From Balamuthia mandrillaris (Eukaryota): a DNA stretch of 64,000 nucleotides. Numbering within the stretch: position 1 is the first letter of the stretch; every line of letters starts with the position of its first letter. This document shows, in pieces, positions 35,301-46,780 of this stretch. The notes beneath the pieces are model-generated. The model did no database searches, was not told the DNA's origin, and saw only the letters and a list, made by a program, of their open reading frames with translations. The DNA lies in contig JAVKOQ020000009.1 of the NCBI GenBank assembly GCA_031835245.2, forward strand, positions 248,001 through 312,000, written 5' to 3'. Position numbers and translations under genes: made by a program.

Positions 35301-36780
35301 AGCCAAACTTGCCTCCCACGGCAGCGTTGTTGGTGACCACGTTATCAGGATTTGTGATCCAAAAGATAGAAGGTTCGGTGTCGGTAGGGATGACGGAACG
35401 GTCGGGGAGTTCAGTGGGCATGGGCTTGACGAGGATGCCTAGGTTGTGATGAAGAATGTTGTTGCGCTCTCCTCCTTCTTCGAGGAAGTAGCAGTGACCA
35501 AAGTTATCGAAAGCGACATTGTCTTCTACCTGAATGCCTTGTCCGTCTTTTTTGTTTCGTTTTTTGTGAACAAAAAGCATATAAATAAAACAAGGAAATG
35601 AAGGGTGTGAACGTACTATGAATAACAATGCAACGCTGAAAGTTTTGATAGAAAGAATTGCCTTGAACGACATAGTCACGTGCCTCCACGTCCAAAACCA
35701 GATGAAAGTGAACGGGATAGCGACCAAGCACTCCCTTTTGTCCCATTTTGGTGAACTGCACTCCCACTATTTCGAGCTGTTTTGCAGCTCGGATGATGAC
35801 ATGTCCTCCAAACTCGCTGTCGTCGGAGGAAGCATCTCCTGCAATCACTATTCTTCTCGATAGTAACCTTTTATTTGTTTTATTTGCGGTGGTATGGTGA
35901 GTTCAAACCTGAAGAAAGCAGTAAGAAGAGAGAATAAAACAAACCCAACTTCAGCTCGTTGATAGTCCTGTCCCCAATGCATAAATTGCAAGCCATCACC
36001 TTCCAGCGTGACACTATCACCATCCACGCTAGCGATGGTGTGTACCTCGCTCTGCTCCGGAAAGCTCTCGGAACCCAACATCCAGTTTAGAGAACAGGTG
36101 ACGCCATTGGGAAGCTCGTTGCAAACGGGTACCTCCTCCTTCTTGTAGATAGCAGAAAAGTCGGTCGAGGCAATTACGATCTGATCCCCGACTCTCCATC
36201 CTCCCTCCACAGCGTCTTCCAATCGTAAAACGGTGTCTCCTCGTTGAGCGGTCGCACGGAGACGAGTCCAAGTGGGAATGGAAGAAGACAAAGGAAGCTC
36301 GCCATAAAGTTGCAGAGAGGCACCAGAGGCAATGGCCAGTCCTTTGCTGCCGTACTCTCCATCCGAGCCGTCGACGTAATCCGGATGAAACATGGTAGTG
36401 TTCAGGGTGCGTTCTCCATGAAAAGTGAGGCGGATGTTGTGCGTGATGGGACAGTCGCTGCTGCCCATGATAAGCTTGGCGTTCTTATTGACCAGCAGCC
36501 AGTCCACCTCCAACGCGAGGCCCTCCACGTCGTCAAAGATCAGTTCGGCGCCAGAGTCGACGATGAGGTAGCCTAACTTGTGGGCTGGCGAGGAGCTGAG
36601 CTTTACTTTTTGGCCGGAAGTGAGGACGACGTTTTGGTTGGGAGAGGAGATGGTAGGGAAGGCGGTGAGGTCGGAACGGTGGTGCGGGCAGGCCGCGAAG
36701 GAGGTGGAGGTGCCCCAACCAAGAAGAACCACCACCAGGAGAAAAAAGAAGGGAAGCATAGGAGTGATGATGCTGCCCAT
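32311..36780 (-). CDS. Secreted or GPI-anchored G8-domain/parallel beta-helix protein (CEMIP/TMEM2/fibrocystin-like) with CHRD-like and CBM-like C-terminal modules
   Basis: G8 region (LIMGSSDCPI...ITFHG-like, WTRLRAT), GWRVGDQIVIASTD, FGGHV, GQKGVLGRYPVHFH, GHCYFLEEGGE, FWITNPDN, NAAVGG.FGFWY; hydrophobic N- and C-termini. Confidence 0.85.
34620..34785. repeat. (GAGCAGA)n intronic microsatellite
   Basis: Visible tandem repeat in an intron of the G8 gene. Confidence 0.85.
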
Positions 36781-37216
36781 CTTTTTTTTTGTTTGTTAAG
36801 CTTGGGTTTCTCTTTTGCTGCCCTTTTTTCTTGTTTGTTGTATGGTACAATTGGGAGGCAAAAACGAAGAAGAGGAGTTGCTTAAAATATTAGTACAAAC
36901 CGTCCTTGGCAGCAGGGTCGGGGTAAGTGTTACTTCCTTCTGGACGATCAGTAAAGGCAAGTGTTTCAGTAACGATGTCCAGAAACGCATAATGCTAATT
37001 CCCGAAAAATCCCGATGATGATGATTGCCTTTATAATGTAGGAATCCAAATAATAATAATTAATAAAATCAATGCATTTGATTGGTCCATAATAATAATA
37101 ATTCTGATTAATACAAAAACCAAGCTGGTGCAACGAGAAGGGAAAGTTTACAGAACGGGCTCGAGTCGTGAAAGAAGGAGACAGAATGAATGAATTTCCT
37201 TGTTTTTTTGTTTGCA

Positions 37217-38833
37217 TTATTCGAAAGATAGACCAGTGACATGTTTGTTCCGTCCCTACAAAAAAAAAAAAAAGTCAAAAGCCATGCCCCATACCAAGAA
37301 CATAGAATATGTGAAATGCGGAAAAGAGAAGAAACAAAATGTACAAACCGCTCGTTCGTTCTTTTTAAGCCAAGCAAGCACAGCTGGAGTACCCCTGTTC
37401 TGCACAGGACGCGGCGGCACCACCAATGGGTTGTGGTTCAAATCCAAGACCTGCAACTTAGGCAGGTGTCCCAGCTCCCACGGCAACGCCGTCATCATGT
37501 TGTGGCTCATGTCGATCTTCTCAATGGAAACCAGTTCTCCGACCTCAGCGGGCAGTTCGTGGATCTCGTTGGAGCGAATGTCAAGAAAAGTGAGATTGGT
37601 GAGGGCGGCGATGGTAGGGGGCAAAGTGAGGAGGCGATTGCCAGCAAGGAAGAGCTTTTGGAGGTTGACGAGGTAACCAATCTCTTCGGGGACTTCTTGC
37701 AAGAGGTTGAAGCTGAGGTCAAGCTCGCGGAGCGAAGCCATGGTTTTGATCTCGGGCAAGAGGGAGGAGAGCTGGTTCTTGGCGAGGAAGAGCTTCTCGA
37801 GCTTTTGGAGGCGGCCCAACTCGGGAGGGAGCAACTCAGCAGTAAGAACGTTGTTGCGGAGGTCCAGCTTGACGAGGTTCTGGAGGAGGCCGATCTCGGC
37901 GGGCAAGCTGGCCAGCTTGTTGCCGAAAAGGTCCAACTTCTTGAGGTTGACAAGGTAGCCGATCTCGCGGGGGATGCCCTCAAACTGCACGTTGTCCCGC
38001 AGGTCCAGCTCGGTGACGTTGGCCAGGTAGCCAATATCGTGGGGCAGTTCCGGCAGCTGGCTGTTGCGCAGGCTCATGTAGGTGATGTTGCGGTAGTTCT
38101 GGAGGGGAAAGAGAGTGGCTAGCGTAGGGTTGTCTCGGGCATTGAAGTGCTCCAGCGCGGCCAACTCGCCCATCTCCTCCGGTAGCTCTATCATCTTGTT
38201 GAACTCAAAGTTGAAGACCTTGAGGCAGGTGAGGTTGCCGATCTGCTGAGGGAATTTGGTGAGGTTGTTGTAGGAGATGTCCAGCTCCACCAGGCTGGAC
38301 ATGTTGCCAATCTCGGGGGGCAACGCTCGCAGCTTGTTGTGGTCCGCTTTGAAGGTGATGAGGTTGCGCAACCGGCCAAACTCGGGAGGGAAAACCTCCA
38401 AGCTGTTGTTGCTAATGTCCAGGAACTGCAGGGCGATGCAGCTGCCGATGGCCGCCGGCACCTCGTCCAGCTGGTTGAAGGAAAGGTCCAGCTTTTGGAG
38501 GCCGGTCAGCTTGCCCAGCTCCGGCGTGAGAGGAGCCCCAAAGAAGAGCTTGTTGTGGCCCAGCCAAAGCTCTCTCAGGGTCTGTCCCAGCTCTCCAAGC
38601 GCGCCGGGCAGCTTCGTGATCCTGTTGTTGCCCAGGTCAAGCACCTCCAGGTTCCGCAGCTTGCCAATCTCGTCGGGAAGGCTGTTGATGTCGTTCTCGG
38701 AGAGGATGAGCTCCTTGCATTGGAGCTGGCGGATGGAGCTAGGAATGGCGGTCACCCCTCCCTTTTGGAGGTTCACCACTTCCATCTTTTTGTACTTTTT
38801 CTTCATAAACTCTTTGCCGATGTCGTTACCCAT
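37217..38833 (-). CDS. lrrA: LRR-only protein, Dictyostelium LrrA-like, 2 exons
   Basis: MG start; about 20 LxxLxLxxNxL repeats; LQCKELILSEND, ELDLRDN, KIDMSHNMMTALPWELG and WLKKNE match the recalled LrrA. Confidence 0.8.
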
Positions 38834-39458
38834 TTTGTTGTGCTGCTGACTTTGTTTGGCCCTTCTTCTGAATTAAAAACGAAGTAACAAAAATAAATCA
38901 GTGATCATCGAGGCACCAACCCGCAAATGTTTTGTTACAAAAAAAAAAAATGAAACAAAGTGGAAAACGATTGAATGACAATGTAGTCACAATCACAAAT
39001 CAACAACAAAAAAAAAAACATCGAATCCAACCACACAAATCAAAAAAAAAACCACGCAGTTTGTTTTAAACACTACACTTCTCTTGTTAACAAACAAACA
39101 AACACACACGTACGTTGGCAAAAAAAAAAAATACACACCGATTCGCTTGCTACTCGCTTCAATCTACTCCTCTCCTCTCTCTTTCCTCTGCGGGGCTCTC
39201 TCTTTCCGATGCGCGGCACTTCGTTTTTGTCACTACTTTTTTTTGTTTAATTTTTTCTCTTCATTTTCGATTTAAATCGGGGGGATCCTTTACTGCTCAA
39301 ACACAGCAGAAAAGCTGTACAAATGGGTTTTTTTTTTTCCGTTCGAAACGTCAATAAATAGAGCAGCAAAGTTGCTGGAAAGCAGCAACGCTGCTGCACA
39401 AGAGAAAAAAAATAAACAAAAGAAACAAAGAGGAGAAAGAGAAAGAGAGGCATCCGTC

Positions 39459-42400
39459 TCAGATGGAGAAAGAGAGGATGGTTTCCAACTGCTGCGACAC
39501 CCGCTCCTTCTGGTGGCGATGGTGGAGCAGGGGCAGAAGGCGGATGTCGTTGAGGATGAAGGGAGCCACCTCCTCCCCAAACTTCTCCTCCAGAAAGGCC
39601 AGGGCGTGCTCCTTCAGCACCGCGAACGGAGCCACTATGAACGTGCACGCTTTGTCCCCCGAGCATTCATCCCCAAAAGTCGCCGTGGAAGAGGTTGCTA
39701 TAGCAAAGTTAACAAACAGAAAAAAAAAAGAACGTGAATTGAAATAGTACCTTCGCTGGGTCCTTCACCGTAGTAACTATAAGTACTTTCGGAGTCATCT
39801 TCATCGCCGTAATAGCCGCCATCTTCCTGTCTTCGTTTCCACAAGTTATTCGTTGACATCGTATCATAATCATACGGATGAGCAGGTTTATGGTGAAGAA
39901 TATTGGGTTGCTTTTTCTTTTTGTTCTTCTGCTTGCGGCGCTGATGGCCAGTGGTACCACCGCTTTTCTTCAAAGGTTTGGTGCTTGTTTTCGTTGTTGT
40001 TTTGGGTTCTCCTCTTACATGAGCTTCAACACTGTCAATCTCCGCTTCATCCTCCGTGTCGACCGATCCTTCTGTGTGCTGAAACCGGGCATCCTCTTCC
40101 TCTACTCCACAACCACTATCATTTTCGTTTCTGAATCTTTCCTCCGCATCATCGCTAGACTCGTCGTCGTCATCAAACGAAGCAGTCGTTGTGGCAGTGG
40201 TATCATCATCATCATCATCATCATCAGATGTTGTTCGTGATGATGAAGAAGACATTGTTGCTGACCTCGAAGATGTTGTGGATGTTGAGGATGAGGTGGT
40301 TGTCGTAGTGATGGAAAGGTCATCCTCCTCAGCAAAGAAATGATGTGGATGTTGGTGATGATTGGGGAAGTGGTGATGGCTGCTAACAGCGGTAGACCAC
40401 GAGGGAAAATAATCTTCGGACAAAGGCTCTGCATCGATGCCTGCTCCTTTGAATAACAAAAGATCAGTGTCGACGTCATCCTTTTCTCCTCTGCTGGCCA
40501 TGTCCTCTACCTCCTCCATAAACGCCATTTCCGCTAGCTCTATTGCCGAGTTCTTTTTCTTGTTTGTGTTGTTGTCCTGTTGTTTCTTTGTAACGTGTTG
40601 TTTCTCTGAATGCTTTTTATCGTTTTTCTTCCGATCGTGCCCTTTGCTCTGTTGGTGATGAGCCCGAGAGACGTGCGAAGCTTTCTTTTCCCTATCTTTT
40701 TCTTTCTCTTTTTCTTTCTCTTTCCCCATCGCTGCCACCACACCAACCGAACCGTAAGGAGGGGACGCCAAGTCCATCCCATCCCAAGACCGATCCTGAG
40801 GGCCACCAAACTCCACTTCAGCATCCCAACTTTCACTGTCCAGCAGGTGTTCGAAGTCGAGGTTGAGAGACACATCATCGATGTTGTCCTTAGGGCTAGT
40901 GCCCGAAACAAAAGAGTGCTGGCGATGTTGACGCTGTTTGTCCATGGAGTCATTATGTTGATGGGTAGAACGTTTGTTGCGCTGCTGATTGCTGTTGTTG
41001 CTTTGTTGGTGCCGACCACTGTTGCCGCCTCGTCGAGATCCGCTATGATGATGGCGTGAAGAAGAGGCACGATTGTTATGCTTCCCGCTTCTTCCTCCAC
41101 CACTGCCGCCTCCAATTTCCCCAGAAGAGACCATAGCAGCCATTTGCCTTTGATAGTAGTCCTCTAAGGCCGCACATTTGGCTTCCACCACTGCAATCAT
41201 GTTCTCTGTCTCTTTGAGCTCACTGTTGATGCACTCCTGAATGAAGCCGCTGACGTAACCAGCCGCCATCACACAAACCGGAGAATGAGTCTCACTGCAA
41301 CTATTAGCTGTCGCAGTTGGAAGTCTTCCTCCGCATTTTGGACAAACACGAAGAGAAGACTCACGCGAGACCTTGTCTCGGCGATTGTCTAAGGCACGAT
41401 CTTCCTCGGAGCTGCTTCTGTCCTCTCCGGGCAAGCTTTCCGAGTCGCTTTTACTGCGTTGCACTCTATCAGGAGAAGAATGTTTCGCCCGCGTGGGGAC
41501 GCTGGATTGAGAAGAAGAAGCAGAGAAAGAGGGGAAAGAAGAAGTCGAAGAAGTAGCGGAATTAGAAGTCTGTGTGGACGTGGAGGTGTGTTGAACTTGT
41601 GGTCTTCTGGGATCTGGTGTGCTGCCTCTTCGTTTGGGTTTGACAGCGTCTTCTTGTGATTGTGGTTGTTGTTTTGTTGAGCCTTGGGGAACGAAGGCAC
41701 ATGTGCAGTCCTTGGACGAAGATGAATTCTGAGCGTTGCTCTTGTTGTCGGTATTGATATTGCTATTGTGTTCCTTATGGCAGCAAGCTTCTATGCTATG
41801 ATAGATGGTAAATCTAAAATACATACAGGAACAATCATAAGTAAATGATAAACAGGAAGTGTGACAAACAAAGCCAAGGACTGTAGGTTACCTGAAGAAA
41901 AAGTCATTGGGTGATTTCGGTTTGAAGACCGCCGATTGCTTCTCAATGACCACTCGGCCCCATCCAAGATTGGCCATGATGGAAGGCAAGCTCAGAATCT
42001 GCGCTTCCATGCCTTTGGTCCGCAAACCGGTCTTGCGTGAGAAGTGTCGATGGTCGCTGTTGCCGATGCTGCGACCAAGGTCCCACAGGAAGTTGATGGC
42101 AAAGTTTGTGGCCTCCTCTCGAAAGTCGCAGTGGGACGGATAGGTGGATTGAATAAAAGACAAAAAGTTGGTGGAAAAGGTGTGGCCCCTGAGGAAGACA
42201 TATCTCTCGCGTCTCACGCGGACGTAGCCTTTGGTGGGGTTGCAAACTTTGCCTTGCTGAAAGATCTTGTTGACAAGCAGGCTGCTGTGGCTTTGGATGT
42301 AGCCTAGTTGATCGTAGCCGGGAATAACTCCTTCGTGCCGTTCTCCAATGGTGGAGGCAAATGCGGCGGAAGTGGAGGGCAAGGAGGCCGGAGAAGTCTC

Positions 42401-45043
42401 ACTATTTTTTTTGTGCTTCACTTTGGTATGAAATTTGTCGCCACTGCTGCCGCTGCTGCTTCCTACAGCTGACAATGAGGGCGCTTTGTTCTTCTTTTCT
42501 TCTGGTTTTTCCACTGCGCTCAAACGGAACAAGGTTTTAAGGGCATCCAACCGAAGACCCCCTTTCTTGTCGATAGTTTGGGTCATGAACCGTATGCTTG
42601 GCATCATGAGGCTTTCTTTCTGTTTGCGTGTGAGTCCAAAGGCTTTCACACATTCCTTTATCTTGTTCGGAGAAGTGAGAACGAATTTGCAAGTCTTGTC
42701 CTCTGGATGTTATTTAAAGAAAAACGGGTGGTAAGGGGAAAAACAAAGCAATGAGGAAGGTTAAAAGGAGGATGAAGAAATACCTCGTGCTCTGCACCAC
42801 AACTCGGCGGCAACAAGCTCTCTACCAAAGCTCTCAGCAGCCCAACCACTGAGGTACCCACAGATCATAGCACACACTGGATGCTTGGGGGGCCGCTTGA
42901 CTTTGTATCGCCAGGCGGTAGCCTCAAAGCTGTAACTACAGTCAAAGTAGAGCACAAAGTCCTCGCTGTCCACCAAATTCGAGCGTTCGTACATCGGTGT
43001 TAGGTCCACAAACGCCCAACCTGTGAGAAACAATCTATGAGGTAAGAAGGGACAAGAAGTAACGATAACAGTGAAAAAGCTAACGCGTACCAATATATGC
43101 GACGTAAGAAAGGCCCATACAGAACAACTTGAGGGAAGACATATCTTCCAGCAGTTTGTTGCGCAGGTTGCTACAATCAGCTTTGCCGATAGCATGAGAA
43201 AAATCAAAGAGAAGCTTGTGGGCAAGTTTTGGGCCATGAAACTTTTTCGTTGCTAGCTCGGCAAAGTTCATGTTGATGGCGTAAAAGAAGTCCACAGAAA
43301 GAGATATGGATCTGGGAGGGGATTAAGATTGGGAAAAGAGAGAAAAAAGGAGTAAAAACTTACCTCATAAGTAAGTGTCTTTCGTTGAATACCTCGATTG
43401 TGCCAAAGGAAGACTACAGGCAGTATAATAAAATTAGGAATGAGTTGCAGGTCAACTACAAGGAACGAGAGAGAGAGAGAGAGAGAGAGGCGAAACAAAT
43501 AAAGGAGAAACGAAGAACTTACTCTGCTTTGGGACATGTGACCGAAGCACTGATCTACGACCTCTTCTGTCTCCTCAAAGAGTGGGAAGAGCGCTTCGGG
43601 CACGCGGACAGTTTGTACGGCCTCTTCGTCGTCATCAAGACAGCTCTCTGCCAAAGTCTGGGCGACCTCTGAGACTTCTCCGTCCAAAGCTTCGTTCTGT
43701 CTCGAGGAATGACGACGTTGCTCGTTAGCGCCAGCTAAAGTATCTTCCCTCTCTTCTTCCTCTTCCTCCTCCTCGGAACGTCTAGGCTTGTCCCTCTTGC
43801 GTTTGACCTTGGGTGAGGTAAAGGAAACCAACGCGGCGGTGATAGAAGCAGGACCAGAGCTCCTCTTTTTCGCAGCGGCATCTTTTTTGCTGCTTCCTGC
43901 TCCTACGCCTCCTCCTCCCCCACTGCCTCCTTCCGCTCCAGACCCAGGCGAACTATACGCCCCGAAGCCCTTCGAGGGAGAGAAGGAAGGGAGTGGCAAG
44001 CCAGGATCGCTTATGCTCAGCAGAGAAGAAGTGGCGTGAGCACGTCTGTTTCGCCGCTGTTGCCTGGCCAGCAATTGTTGGTGCAGTGGGTTTATTGTAG
44101 TTGTTACGTCAGAACCTGCGTCTCGCTCATGGCGAGCTGCTTTGTTGTAGCTGTGGCGAGTGAGCCGTGCCAGGGTGTAAGAGCCAGAAAAGTGAAGAAG
44201 GTGGTGGTGGCCTTCTTCTTTGCCGTTGCTGTTGTCAGGGCTGTCGACAGGGGGCATGCTGACGTGGCGTTGGTTCGGAGAGTAAGCTGGGGTACTGGGC
44301 GAAACAAAGGAAGAAGAAGAAGAAAGGAACAGAGAGGAGGCAGAAGAGGCGGGGTCCCACGTCGTTGGCAGTGCTGTTTGTACAGAAGAAGAGGCGCTGT
44401 CCTCGCGAGCGGTTGCATGCGAAGAAGAGGAGGTGGCAGAGCTTTTGCGGAGAAAAGTAGGTGTTCCGTTCATGAGAGGTTCCAACATGACAGAGGGAAA
44501 GCCTCCAAGAATACGTCTCTTCTTGTCTTTTTTCTCCTTCGCAACTTCGCCTCCCTCGTCGGAGGTAGCAGACGGCCGTTCCTCTCTACCGCTCTTGCTA
44601 TTGTTACTGTTGCTGCTCAACGTAGGGTTGTGTGCTTCTCTCTTGCTACCTTTTGTCTTTCTCTCACCACTTTTGCCACTGATAGTGTTGTTGTACGTCT
44701 TCTCCTTGGTTTTTGCCTTGTGGCTTCGGTGGTGGTGGGGGTGGTGTTGCTGCTGTTCCATCTTGCTGAGCGCTTGTGCAGGCATGGAAGCGGAGGAAAA
44801 AGAAGAAGCAGGGGAAGACACAGAAGCGGAGGTATTCGAAGAAGAACTAGGATGGCTGTCGGTGTGAACGATCCTATCCTTGTTGCTGCTGCTTCCCTTG
44901 TTGTACGGACCTTTGTCCGCTTTGACCGCTCCCCCTTTTGGGTGCTGCTGTTGTAAAAGTTGTTGTTGTTGGGAAGGAGGCGGTGCTGAGGTGTGTTGCG
45001 CTACAGCAGGCTGATGATTAGGTGGGTGGTGGTGGTGGTGCAT
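39459..45043 (-). CDS. Large low-complexity protein with two bacterial-type V4R sensor modules, multi-exon
   Basis: Module 1: GTIEVFNERHLLMRSISLSVDFF...GWAFVDL...YSFEATAW...PVCAMICGYLSGWAAESFGRELVAAELWCRAREDKTCKFV. Module 2: ERYVFLRG...LGWGRV...PVCVMAAGYVSGF...VEAKC...GDKACTFIVAP. Confidence 0.8.
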
Positions 45044-45904
45044 GACACGAAGACAGGTAACCTGTCATACAGTGTTTGTTTGTTTGTGTTTTGCTGGTGG
45101 TGGTGCTGTCCAATGACAAGGTGAAGCCCGGTTGTTGTTTTCTCTTTTTTTTGTTTCTGTTTTTTTGAATGGGTTGAACTCCTTTTTTTCTTGTTTTCCT
45201 CCTCTCTTCCCTTTTCTTCTCGTTCTCCTTCTTCGTTGTTTTGTTGAGAGGTAGCGTGGGTGGGCGAGTGGGGATGACGCTAGCTGAGGAAAACGCGTAG
45301 CAGCGCACGATGATGGTGATGGTCTTAATGGGTTGAGTAGCAGGATACCAACTCGAAGGGCGATGTTCGTGGAGGAAGGAGGATGGATGGACGCACAGAG
45401 AAGATGAAAAGCAAAAAGAGGATAGTCGGCTGGGAATAAAAAAAAAAGATAAGATGGATGCGATGGAAGTGGGATAGACCAGCGGACAGATAGTCGATGG
45501 GAGTGGGATATGTAGCAAAGCGGATGGCCTGCGTGATAAACAAACAGGCTGCGGGATGAAGATGGATGTGGGTTCAACCCTCTCTACTTGGATGCTACAA
45601 GGAGGGAAAAAGTGCTGTCTAGGTCCTGGACAAAGGTGCACCACAGCCCATGCCTTCACCCTTCCGTTTGTTTTTTTTTAATACTTGGCTATGCTACGTA
45701 AAATAAAAAGCAAAGAAAATAAACTTGGAGAATGGTCAAAGAAAAACCAACAACAAACAACGTACTGCTTGCTCCTTCGGCACCGCTCACTGCGGTGCTT
45801 CAAAGATATTGAGAGTTGTTGAACAAAAAAAAGATTATCAAAAATAAAATAAAAAGCACCGCTTCACGAGGTGTGATCGCGGACACTTGTTTTTAAAGAA
45901 AAAA

Positions 45905-46130
45905 AAAAACACCGCGGTTCCTTGGCTGGTCTCGCTCGCTCTCCGTCCTCCTCGCTATCTAGCGCGCAACCCACTGACGCTCCATGCGGACTACGCGGTT
46001 CAGGGCGAGGTCCCTCCCTCAAAGGAACCAGCACTTCATAACGTGCACCCCGTATGCGGCGATATGGAAGGCAATGCCCTGCTTCGTGCGGCCACAAAAG
46101 CATGACTCTTAACGAAATTTCTGTAACTTG
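45905..46130 (-). ncRNA. Candidate structured ncRNA of unknown family
   Basis: GC-rich intergenic island with complementary segments (GGTTCCTT/AAGGAACC, CCTCGC/GCGAGG) that ends in a T10 run on the minus strand. Confidence 0.3.
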
Positions 46131-46780
46131 AAGGCCTCCTTCTCTTTCCATTTATGATGCTGGAGATCTAAATTTGAAAATCTGAGTATTTATTTTATCT
46201 CCGCAAATATCTATGAAAGGAAAAAGTTCGTCGGGTAATTATTACCCAGCGGTGCTTTGTCAGCACAGAATCATTAATTACCCCCGAAAAGACGTTTGCA
46301 TAATTTGCTTTATTAGCGATTTTTTGCTTTTGTTTTTCTTTTTTTACCCCAAAAACGACTTCTCATCGAGATAGCGACGGACTGCCACTGCTCGCGTTTT
46401 GTGTCCTCGGCCTTGATGTCTAGTTCTTTGTGCTTCCATCTTAGTTTTATTTAAAATAGCCCCTCTTCTTGCTCGGTAGGTAACCTTGTTCTTCAAGCTG
46501 CAGCTTCCCTCCCGCTGCTGTCTGTTGTGCACTAATATGTTTGACCGTGATAACATAGCGATAGGGAATGCTCACGCAGGGGGACCGGTGCGATACCGTC
46601 GGGGTGATCAGCGTAGAATGTCTACGTAAAAGTAATTCTCCGGTTTGCTTGAGGGGTTTGTTATCGCAGTATTTTATGTCGACAATTTCCGGTTATGCCG
46701 ATAATTGTCGACCTATATCGCCTTTTATCTTTCTCCATTACAGAGTTTGAAAGCGAGCGCTTAATACCAAACAGAGCGAG

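Noticed and set aside
37015..37107. ATGATGA...CTGA in the lrrA/G8 spacer as a snoRNA
   Set aside because: AT-rich low complexity, with no C'/D' boxes or plausible guide.
37241..38887. Long + strand ORFs antisense to lrrA (similar ones oppose the DM9 and V4R genes)
   Set aside because: Shadow ORFs expected from GC3-rich codon usage; no recognisable motifs.
45864..46151. 95-aa minus-strand ORF in the GC-rich intergenic island
   Set aside because: No homology recognised and it runs through a poly-T tract; an RNA-level or regulatory explanation seems more likely.
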